From Azolla caroliniana (Eukaryota > Plantae > Polypodiophyta), in assembly GCA_043228905.1 (NCBI GenBank), contig JBHGNT010000015.1:6324001-6388000 (forward strand): DNA of 64,000 nucleotides. Reading direction: 5' to 3'. Positions 1-10,565 of this stretch are shown one piece after another; within the stretch, counting starts at the first letter, position 1; each line of letters begins with the position of its first letter. The translations under genes and the position numbers were made by a program. The notes below the pieces were generated by a model. That model was not told the DNA's origin. It did no database searches and was given only the letters and a program-made list of their open reading frames with translations.

Positions 1-2437
1 GCGAGGCCCGGAACGGGCATATACGAGAGGACCGAGGGAGAGGTCGGGAGCGGCAAAGAGGAGAGAGTCGGGAACCGACCCGACCGGAAGATGGACCGGT
101 CGATAATCCGACATGACCGGATGACGACGCGGAAGTACATTGGAGCGGGGTCTGGTCAACCGGGCCCAAACCGAAGAAGAGCTGGCAAGGTCGGATTTGT
201 TCGGACAAACATCTACCGGCCGGTTACGATTACGGAAGGGAGCCGACCTAACCGGAACTCGATCGGCCGAGACCGATCCGGGCGAAGGCAAAGTTGGCAC
301 GGTTGGAGGTCGAGGCGAACGGGCCACAACACCCGGTGGGAGCCGGTGAGCGCGAGAAGGAAGCTAACCGGGCACGGTGATTACGGCTTGGCAGAAGACC
401 GAGAGAGAGAGAGGAGCCCTCCACATCTATCCTTGAGACTTCGGCGGTTGCGGATCAACATAAGACCGGAGACACGACGGGTGATGGCGAGGAGTCGGAG
501 ACCGGAACTGACGAGGCCACTAGAACAGGTACCCGGTGCGTGAAGACGGATGAGCACGGCCAAGACGGCAAGCCAGAGTCGAAAGGGGCTACGGCAAGAA
601 AGGACGAAGAGACCGACGCGGAGGTCGGGTCTACGAAGGATGAGGCGCGTAATACGAAGTATGCACTACGGCGTAAAACGGAGCATGCACTACGGCCAGC
701 GAAGGGCCAAGAAGTAAGCATGCACCCGGAAGAGCGGCAACGAGTGACCGACAACGGTGGACCGGTCGAGCCTTTCAAAGACAAGCACGCGGCGAGAGAC
801 GAAGCCGTAAGGTGCCGAGATCGGCGGATGGGTGGCGAGAGCGAAGGACGGTGCGCGGAGAACAACGGGGTACACACCGGGAAGAGAAAACGCAGCGGCT
901 TCCCGGAGGACATACAAGGCCAAGCGGGCCAAGAGGGCACAAGCCGAGGCGAGGCGGTAACGAGAGCCTCGAGGGACACCGACACGGAGGTCGGGAGGAC
1001 GGTACGCTCTACGGTGAGAGAGCACGACGGGCAAAGGAGAGGCAAGGAACGCGGAATGGGGTCGCCTAAGGGCCAAAGAATGAGCGCATATTCGGGGGAC
1101 AACATCGGCGCACGAGAAGAGCCCATGGAAGGCAAGCGCGGAGCAGGAAGAGTCGACACGCCGAGGTGTTCGGCATGTGGAGACGATAAAACCAAAGGAG
1201 GAACATTCGTGGCACGAAGAGGGCGGAATCCGGAGTACGATCGGAGAGTTCAGGAGCACACCCGGAGGACATACGAGCCTTTGCGAGGAATGTGTGCGGC
1301 GAGAGATGGAGCGGTGAGGTGCCGGTATCGGCGGATGATCGACGAGCGTGAAAGGCTATGTCTTGAGAACCAGAGGAGGTGCGTGGAGAGCAACGGGCTA
1401 CGCGCCGGGAAGAGGAAGCACGGCTTCCCGGAAGGCATGTGAGGCCAAGCGGGCCAAGAGGACGAGTGTCGGGATGAAGCGGTAACGGGAGTCACGAAGG
1501 GAGTCGGTACAAGGTGTTCGGGGCGAGGAGAAGGTCGAGCCGGAGGTGGAACACACGCGATACGCGAGGAGCAGCACCCGACGAGCAATCGAAGTAATCG
1601 GGGGTCTAACCGGAGGACATGCGCGGTGAGCAAAGGAAGGGAGACAGGATCGGCAACGGTGTTCGGGATGGCCAGTCGAAGAAGAAGGTGCGTGCGCTGG
1701 ACGTGGTGGATCGGATGGAGCTGGCGGGTCGGGGCCGGTAAGGAGCTGGCAAGACGGATCGGCTCCGGCAAGGGACCGGCAAGAAGGTTGGGTGCCGGTA
1801 AGGCGAAAGACCCGGTTGATCACCGTGGCCGAAATCTCTCACCCTTTTCCCTTCTTGGCACATACCAGTGGATGTGCAGTTTGGTGGGGGTGGATGTCGT
1901 GAAGATTTTCGTCCATAGGCGGAAACCGGGGTGGAAGGGGCAAGTCGGTGGTGTGCAACATGTGCACATGTATACTAGGATATGGTGTATAGAAAGAGAG
2001 GGGAAATTTTTGTCCCACATTGTAAGGTCCCTCCCTCCTTGGGCTATAAAAGGAAGGGAGGGGTCACTTATGAAGGGGTTGCCTATTTTGTGCGAGTAAG
2101 GTATACCACTTAGTCTAGGGTTCTCCCTCTTCCCATTTCGTTTTAGGGTTAGGGTTTCGGTTAGGGTTTCTTCTTGGGTTTCCCTTTAGGGTTTTCGAAT
2201 AGTCATTTTTGGTGCGGCCACGACGGCCACCATTGTTGTAACCATTCATTGTTTTAATATAACTTGTTGAGCATCTTGCCTCCACCGATCCCTCCTTCAA
2301 TGTCGTGGTCTTATTCTTTCCTCTTCTCCTCTTGAGCTAAGCCTCCATATCATGTCCTATTCTTTCTCCTCCACTCCCTAGTCCAAGACCCCCGCGGTCC
2401 CGCCCCTTCTACACGCACGCAAGTAACAAACGTGACA
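1..2437 (+). mobile_element. 3' part of a Ty3/gypsy LTR element (Trp-primed family) with a non-pol, low-complexity internal region; inserted into the gag start of a minus-strand relative
   Basis: PPT-like TTGGTGGGGGTGGA (1881-1894) is identical to the one at 5111-5124 and is followed by an LTR TGTCGTGAAG...CGTGACA. Upstream ORFs (540-1442 and its continuation) are Arg/Glu/Gly-rich with no integrase motifs. Confidence 0.8.
1895..2437 (+). repeat. 3' LTR (Trp-primed gypsy family)
   Basis: TG...CA termini, TATAAAA near 2046, and the family 3' motif GTCCAAGACCCC.GGTCC.GCC..CTACACGC. Confidence 0.85.
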
Positions 2438-3194
2438 GCGCGCACTCACTATACGGTCCACAGGAGGTCCGACCCCTCATCTTCTACTCCTCTGCCGCCT
2501 GTTCACGTCAGGTTCACCAAAGATGTTGCGTTGCTACGCGCGTGCGTGGAGAATAAGGCGGGACCACTAGGGTCTTGGACCGAGGAGTAGGTGAAAGAAA
2601 AGGGGGGGGGGGAGAGAGAGAAAGAGAGAGAGACGCTCACACACGTATAGACAAAGAAGCGCACGGGGACGCGGCCCAACAACACAGGAGACACGAGTTG
2701 AGCAGGAAATCGAGTATAAGAACACTAGTGTATGTATATAAATATATGTTTGCAGACGACTCGAACGGTTACAGCCGACCAGGTCGGCGAGAAGGATGTC
2801 GACGCCTGATCACCCACACACACAGGGGGAGCAAGATGGAGATTCTACCGGAAGCACACGGGCGTTCCACAGAGCAGGATCAGCCTCTCGAGAACCTGCG
2901 CAAAAGAAGCTATGGAGAATGACAGAGAAGAAGAGCTCGGTCCTAGTTTGACAGCAGTTCGTCCCCTCTAGCACGCGATACTTTCTCTCCCCGTCTCCCT
3001 CTCTTTTATAGCTCAAGGAGGGAGGCCGTTTCACCCGTTTACATCACATTAATTCTCTCTATCGAATATTGCTACCTAGGATTTGACTTTTGTGCCTACC
3101 TATCTACTATACAACAAGGGGCGTGCCCATGTGTAAGGGCCGGTTTACACACGCTATACACGGTTTGCGCTTGGGGATGGTTTTCTTCACGACA
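2438..3194 (-). mobile_element. 5' end of a minus-strand gypsy element (Trp-primed family): 5' LTR 2524-3194, PBS 2502-2519, start of gag
   Basis: The minus strand reads TGTCGTGAAG...CGCAACA TCTT TGGTGAACCTGACGTGAA ... ATGAGGGG, the same layout as 19141-19205. Confidence 0.85.
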
Positions 3195-5055
3195 AAGGTT
3201 TACGGTAAGGGGGTCCTCATCTACGTAACGGTGGACACAAGCCGGACCGGGATCGGGTGGGTGATAAACCAGGAGGAGGAGGACGACGCACAGTTCCCGA
3301 TCCGGTTCGGGGCGAAGGTATTGAGCGAACGACAACGAGGATACGCCCAAGTCAAGCGCGAACTATGGGGTATCGTTTCGGCTGTCAAGGCCGATAGGGA
3401 CTACCTGATCGGGACGGAGGTAACAATTGAGACGGACTGCCTGCCGATACTCGGCATGGTTTCCGGATGCGCGACGCCGGACCTAGCGATGCTCTAGTGG
3501 ATAGCGTACGTTAAGTCCCTGAACTTGGAGATACGACACATCTCCGGAAAGGATAACACCATGGCCGACATGCTTTCGAGAGCAAGGTTCAACAACGAAG
3601 ACGACATGGTTTTGGATGACGAAGAAGTCGGCGAGGACTTCTTCAGGTCGGCTAATGTGACGACGAGAAAGGGGGACACTCCGGCACTTAACGAATTTGA
3701 CGAAACCAGGTACGACGGGGAGTGGCTCCAAATTGGGAGGTTCCTACGAGCGATGACGCCAGACGCAGCGTGGACGAGAGAAGAGGCGAGTCGGGTACGG
3801 AAGAAGGTGTACCGATTCTTCCTTCGGGATGGGTGCATATGGAGGCACCCAAAGAAAATAAATGGCATCCCGTTCCGAGTAGTGGCAAAGAAAGAGGAAC
3901 AGGAGGAACTACTGGCAGCATTTCACGAGAGTCCCTGGGCCGGACACTACGGAACGTGGGCCACGTTTGGGAAGCTGAAGGAGAAGTACTGGTGGCCGGA
4001 GTTGTACCAGGACGTGCAACGGTTCGTAACGACTTGCGAAAGCTGTCAGATGCACTCCGTAATCCGACATCGGGAGGAGCTACACCCGACTTACCCGCTT
4101 GTGGTCCATTTCAAGTGGATGTTGGACTTGGTGACAATGCCGATGGGAGTAGGGCAGATGCAATACCTGGTGCTTGCGCGAGAAAACTTAACGAACCAGG
4201 TGGAAGGTCGTGCACTGTAGAACAAGACAACCGCGGCGGTATGCCGGTTCCTGATCGAAGAGGTAGTGTGTCGGTATGGGTGAGTCAGGAGGATCGTGGC
4301 GGACTGGGGAGAGCTGGATGCGCGGGAAGCTGAGGAGTTGTTCAAGCGGCTAGGGGTCAAACTCTCCCTCACTACGGCGTACAATCCGGAGGCGAACGGG
4401 AAGGTAGAGCATGGGCACGGGCCGATCGTAAAGGCGGTTATGCGTGCATGCGGAGGACAGGTCAGGAATTGGCCGCGGCTCCTTCCTTATGCACTATGGG
4501 CGGACCGAACTATGCACAGTTCGGTGATAGGGTTTATGCCGGCAGAGCTGATGTACAGACAGAAGCCGATCATGCCGGTGGAACAGACGATTTCTTCATG
4601 GGCGGCCATTTCTTGGAAGGACGAGATGAGCCGGGAGGAGTTGTTGGCTGTGCGGATTCGGCAACTCGAGCGGAGGCCGGAGGGCGTGAAACGGGCGAAG
4701 GAAAAGCTGCGGGCGGCAAGGGAGCGGAACAAGACCCGGTTCGACCAGATGCACCGGTTGTGACCAAAGAAGATCGAGGAAGGCGACTGGGTCTTGGTAT
4801 ACGACAACAGCCTCGACAATCAGCACAAGGCGGGGCGAAAGTTCGCTAGGAGATGGTTCGGGCCGTACACGGTGACGAGCGCGAAACGACACGTACCACC
4901 TAGCGGAACTCGACGGGACACGATTAGCGGTACCGGTGGCCGGAAAGCGGATCAAAGCGTTCAAGAAGCGGTTCGAAGATGAGCCGGAGCTGGCAAGCGA
5001 GAGCGACGACGACGATCGGTTCGGGCCCGATGAAGAATCGGAGAGCGACGAGTGA
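3195..5055 (+). pseudogene. pol: Degenerate gypsy pol 3' part: RNase H, integrase Zn finger, integrase core and C-terminal domain
   Basis: VTVDTSRTGIGW...ETDC (RNase H); HESPWAGH...CESC (HHCC); TAYNPEANGKVE (rve); several premature stops. Confidence 0.92.
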
Positions 5056-5124
5056 AGCCGGTTTTCTTCGGTATCTATCCGTCTCTGGTGCATGCCGGTG
5101 GATGCGCGGTTTGGTGGGGGTGGA

Positions 5125-5791
5125 TGTCGTGAAGAAAACCGGTCATGGGCGGAATTGGAGAAAGAGGGGCATGAACCGGCTCTTACACGGACGGACGCCT
5201 GAATTGATATTTGGATATTTGTACATGATTCATAAATGGATCGGCTAATGTAAATACTAAGTAGTGTGCATTTATTAAGGGATTGTGCGTATCTCTGTCG
5301 AAAGGGACAGGGAATAAAGCGGTTTTGACTAGGGAGAAAGACGGCCCCTTTTAGGAACTATTTTTAAGGAGAGGAGAGGAGGAGGAGAAGGGATCGCGCG
5401 TTGGCGAGGACGAAGTGCTGCTGTAGAACCGAGTGCCGAGCTCTCTCTCCTCCAATCGTCGTTCTCTACAGGTGTCGGGAGTTTGCTGCCTCTGTTTCGT
5501 GGACAGCCCGTGTTCTTCCAGCAGAGTTTCTCTCTCCCTTTTCCCCTTTTGTTTCTTCGAGTCGTGTGGCTGTCGTCGGTGTGCGTGAGTAGGACCCCGT
5601 GTCGGGTCCATTACCGGGTTGCCGGTTGTAACTGCTCGAGTTGTAAGCTATTGACTATAGTAATCGGATTCCTGCTTTCTTGCTCTTAATCTCTTCCTGT
5701 GTACTTGCAACTCTCTCTCTCTCTCTCTCCTTGGTCCAAGACCCCCTGTGGTCCCGCCTCTTCCTACACGCGAACACGAAACTTCGCGACA
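5125..5791 (+). repeat. 3' LTR of a plus-strand gypsy element inserted in a Copia integrase
   Basis: PPT at 5111-5124, then TGTCGTGAAG...TTCGCGACA. Copia integrase sequence starts immediately after. Confidence 0.88.
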
Positions 5792-7762
5792 ACGGCGGTA
5801 TTTGCAGCTTCTGCCCAATATGACTTAGGCATATGCTTCTCGTTGAGCATGGCCCGTGCTACCTCGAGGATGTGCCGATTCCTTTATTCGGCTACACCGT
5901 TCTGTTGCGGTGTGTGTTGGCAAGTGAATTCTCGCTGAATTCCTTCTTGTTGAAGGTATGTCGTGAACGCATCGAGAAGTATTCCTTTCCTCCATCCGAC
6001 CGAAGACATCGTACATGGCAGCCTGTTGTCTTTTCGACTTGGCTTTTGAATTTTTGGAAGTGTGTAAATACTTCGCTCTTCATCTTCATGGGAAAGATCC
6101 ATGTGTATCTAGAGAAGTTGTCGATGAAGGTAACATAGTACCGACATCCTCCGAATGTGGCCGTCTATGCCGGTCCCCACACATCTGAGTGGACTACGTC
6201 CAATAGGCCTTTGCTCACGTTCGTCTCCTTCGGGAACGGGTGCCGATGTTGCTTGCCAAATTGGCATGCTTCACATACTCCTTCAATCTCTTTCTCTTTG
6301 AAGGTTGGGAGCCCGATGACGACTCATTTCGATTACATCGCCTTGAGTTTGTTGACATTGATATGGCCGATTCTTTTATCCATAGCTCTATGTCGGTGTC
6401 GGGTTTGAGGCCCTTTGCAAACATGGCCGATTTTACCTCGTTCGCTTTGAGGATAAACATTCGGCCTTCCCTTTGACCACGAGCAATTAGTCGGCTTTCT
6501 TTCTCCATGAAGCGACCTCCTTGGTTGAATCGAACTTGCATCCCTTGCCCCACAATTTGGCCGATCGAGACCAAATTCTTCGTTATGGTGGGTACATGTA
6601 AGACATTTTTTATGCAAGTTTGTTCCCCTTCTTTCCCGAATGGGACATTGCTGACATGCCGAATCGGATGAGTGGTGTCGTCTCCGGTCTCGACATAATC
6701 GGGTCGATCCGGCTCTCGAAGGTCTTTGAACCATTCTTGATGGGACGTCACATGGTTCAAAGCACCGGAGTCGACGAACCATACATCTTCCGTATTGGAG
6801 GCATTAGTCGAATTAGAGGCCGACATAGAATTTGCTCTATGTCTCATCATGAACATTCCGCCAATGTCTTCATAATCAGAGTTAGTGGCATAATTTGTGA
6901 GTTGTCGGCTTGTGGAAGGCAACTTGCGCTTCTTCTTCCGGCACTCTTCTTCATGATGGTCGATTTTTCCACAATATCCGCATTCGATCGAGTTTTGTCG
7001 ACTCGAAGTGGAATGGAAGCTCCCCCTTCTTTCGAAGGTTCCTCGATGGCTTCCGTCTTGTTGCCGAAATTGGGAGTTGTTGTCGTAAGTCGGACCTCGT
7101 CCGCCTCATCCTTGGCCGAATCGGCCTCTTGCTTGGTCGCGTCCTCTTCCTCCATTCGAATGTGTGTAGAGCATGTGGCCTTCCGAGGTGTTGCTCCTTG
7201 TTCGAACATGGTTTTCTTCAACCAACAACATGGATTGAAGATCGAAGAAATAGGGAGGATTCTCCCTTGCTAGGACGACGGTTCTCATTGCGCCGAACCG
7301 TGGTGCAAGGCCACCGAGGCATATTTGCACCATCTCATCATCATCCACATTGACGCTTATTGAGGCGAGCGAGTCACAAAGCTCCTTGATCCTCAAGGTG
7401 TAGCTTGTGATGGACATGTCCCGTTGTTGGATGTTGTTCAACTCTTGGCGGAGTTGAAGCTTCCTCGTGGTCGTGTTGGCAGCGAAAATCTTTCGTAGAT
7501 TTTCCCACGCTTCCTTCGGCGTCTCGGCTTCTCGAATGTAACCGAGCATGTGGTCGTGAACACATGTCGCCAAGCAATACATTACTCGAATCACCGCTTG
7601 CTCCCATGTTGCATAGTCAGTGTCTTCCGGCTCGGGCTAGTTTTCTTGTGCTCCTTTGATGTAGCTCCAATAGCCTTGACTGACAAGGTATTGATGCATC
7701 TTGTACTCCCAAGATGCAAAGTTGTTTCGGTCCAACTTCTCGCTAGGGAGAGCGCTCCCCAT
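5792..7762 (-). pseudogene. Degenerate Ty1/copia gag-protease-GAG-pre-integrase-integrase (family with gag MGSALP.EKLDR.NF.SW)
   Basis: MGSALPSEKLDRNNFASWEYKMHQYL; WFVDSGA (protease); LRSDGGKEY and HTPQQNGVAE (rve); frameshifts. Confidence 0.92.
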
Positions 7763-7889
7763 TTCTTCCTTCTTCTTCTCTCTTGAATACGAGCTATGTA
7801 GTCGCACTACGATAGCGATGAGCCGGTTCTTCTTGAACATCGGCGTAGAGCTCAACACACGCGGATGGGCTAGATCGAGCTACCAAACC

Positions 7890-7901
7890 GCTCTGATACC
7901 A
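7890..7901 (-). promoter_or_regulatory. PBS complementary to initiator tRNA-Met
   Basis: TGGTATCAGAGC directly after the LTR end on the minus strand. Confidence 0.92.
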
Positions 7902-7968
7902 TGTAAAGAATCGATGGTGATTCTTGTGCAGTGGAATAGACTAGAGATATGTGTTGTGAGTGTGTATG

Positions 7969-8003
<35 letters not shown>

Positions 8004-8297
8004 CAAGATAGATTAGAACAACAATAGAATACTAAAGAAGATGTATGTTACAAAGGGGATTAATCGACCTAATTACAAAGTAGGAGGAGAGTGCTTTATA
8101 TAGTCACTCTCTCTCTTCATTAACTACCAAAGCTCATGGGTCATGGGGAATGTGAAAGCTCATTAGTTATGTGTCATAGAATATGATTCTATGACACATA
8201 GTTAATGTATAGATAAGAGTGGTGACTTTTGACCTTTGAGTGCACACTCTCAAGGGTGTGTTCACACACTAGACTAGGTTAAGCTTGATTCTCAACA
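7902..8297 (-). repeat. 5' LTR of the minus-strand Copia, containing an (AG)n microsatellite
   Basis: Minus strand reads TGTTGAGA...TTCTTTACA and abuts the PBS. Confidence 0.8.
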
Positions 8298-8789
8298 TAT
8301 CTCAATACCAGAAGTGCTTGGCCTCTTCCTTTGGGCATAATCCATCATATAATACACATGTGCCACCCTCATCTCTGCTATCCCCTATTTCCTTGTCTTG
8401 AAAGTTAATTCTTGTGAGCGGTTTCTACAACCATAAAGCAATATTAATTCATGTGAGAGATTTCTTGTGATATTTCTCTTTTAATGCTTTTTAACTCAAC
8501 TTTGTATGAACGTATTTTCTCATGGGCTTTTATCTTGGCTTGATATTTCCAACTAATAATATGAACCAGTTTAAAAGAAAACAAAATTATAAAATATAAA
8601 ACAACTAATAATAATATAAGTTCTCAAGGGAGTATGCTACATATTCATACATTATGGAAGAATGGTAAAAAGTGGATATTGAATCCACATCCAAACTATA
8701 TAGGTAATTTATCTAAAGTGTGGGTTTTTTAGAATAAGCCCATCGATCACCTTCTGTGGGATCCAAGTCAGTGGAAATGACAAATCATA

Positions 8790-9520
8790 TCGCCACAGGG
8801 AATACTGGATAAGCAAATCCCTTTTTTCTAGTACTTTGTAAAAGTGGGTAGAGAATTGCTAAGGAGGGGTTTGGTTGTTGTGCGAGCAGCTTGTAAACTT
8901 TTGAGATCTGGTAATGTACAAGACTCTTGGTTGGGTGCTTATTGGAAATGGTTGTGGGCCATGCAAATTCCTGAAAAAGTTGTAGTGTTTATATGGTTGT
9001 TGGCACATTGTGGGATTCCTATTTAGTCATGGTTGCGGTGGCATCACCATGATTTAAAATGTGATTGTTGTTGTTTTCACATTGAATCGGTTCACCGTGT
9101 CTTATGGATATGCCCTATTGCCTGAGCAGTTTGAAAAAGAGTGTTGAGAATTTGGTATCATGTTTATAGTACAGAGATTTACTCATGGGGTTTTGTGAGA
9201 TGGGGAAGGCTTGCCGAAGAAATATAGAATTATGAAAAGGAGTGTGTTGATTTTCTTGTTCTCTCTGATGGAAGCCAGTTGAGGACAAGGTTTGGTCCAC
9301 GATATCTTCTGAAGGCAAGATGTAAATGTGTATTTCAGAAAGTCAAACAAAATGGGATTGAGTTAGTGAAGGAGATATCCTGGTTGATGCTTCTGCATAC
9401 TCTAAGAGGTTTACATGAGGTAATAGTTGGTAAGCATGATGTTGTGTTTCGTAAGCAACAACATTTTAGACAAATGTAGACAAAGGTCTCTGTATTCACC
9501 TCTTTTGGGGAGAGAATAAA
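8790..9520 (+). pseudogene. Degenerate LINE (L1-like) ORF2 3' fragment, zf-RVT region; boundaries approximate
   Basis: Across stops it reads WKWLWAMQIPEKVVVFIWLLAHCGIP...KCDCC...ESVHRVLWICPIA, the zf-RVT pattern. Confidence 0.75.
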
Positions 9521-9538
9521 CTAGAGATATGCTCCACC

Positions 9539-9690
9539 TATTGGGGAATAAGTCCCTCTGGATGGGACACGTCGGACAACTGGTTCCAGACGAGGAACCG
9601 TTTCGGCTGAAAGACATTCGAAAACCCGATTGAGCCGTATCCAATTAGAGGCTATATTTGTAAATAGTCCATGGTGTGTATTAGTATTAA
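9539..9690 (+). repeat. 5' portion of a Tnt1/Tork-like Copia LTR, interrupted at its TATA region by Copia A
   Basis: Resembles the LTR starts at 44787(+) and 57097(-) (TGTTGGG...GTCCCTCCGGATGG) and shares ATTTGTAAATAG...TTAGTAT with the Copia B LTR. Confidence 0.6.
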
Positions 9691-10565
9691 TGAAGGGATC
9701 CGGAGCACAGTAGATAGAAATGCACCAACGCGAAAATAGAAAAACAACAAAACACAGAGAATGCACAGAGTACACAATATTTTACGTGGAAACCCTAAAC
9801 AGGGGAAAACCAGAAGCAAACAGAGAATCACTATAACAGAGATATACAAGGAAGAAACAGGTTACAACACTCTCTGTACAGAGTGTATCAACCACACAAG
9901 GCTCTTGGCGTCTAGTATCACACAACTATGTCATTGCGCACGCTCTCACGTCTCTCTTCCTACTCTCTACTACTCTCTCTTCTACACACTATTGCAGAAG
10001 CTCTACCTTGCACTATTATCCATAATGGTTGTCCGAGGTGTATTTATACTCATACATAGTATGGGTTATTTACAAATGTAGTCATTATTATTATTATATA
10101 TAATGTATGTATATAATAATTAATCGCCCGACTTGTCGGCCTTGTCTTCAATCTGAAGCATCCATCAATGCAGTCGACTAACATAATTGACCCTCTATCT
10201 CCTCCAAGAACTAGTCGATGACCCAGTCGACTAGTTGGTCGACCCGGATTGTCACGGATCATAAACTCAAGAGACAACCAAGAAGATAACCAAATGGACA
10301 AGAAAGAAGATAGTACTAAAGGAAAGACTCCATAACTGGTGTTGTTCACCTTGAATTCCTTCCAGGTGAACTCCTCTATTTATACTACATGGCATGCACA
10401 CTTGTTGCACGCATGTGAATCTACAATAGAGCATGTAGGTATGCATGCACGTGCCAAGTGTAAATACTACAAGGGAGCAACTATGCACATGATGCTAGCA
10501 AAATAATAAGGACCAATTACATACATAACTAGTACTAGATATCTTGGTTAGCTCATAATAGTAGA

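Noticed and set aside
455-1823. Long antisense ORFs here and opposite the pol genes
   Set aside because: These are shadows of GC-rich or codon-biased sense frames and show no motifs.
10267-10488. Identical 73-aa ORF, also at 15204-15425, read as a duplicated small gene
   Set aside because: It lies wholly inside the two LTRs and has no recognisable domain.
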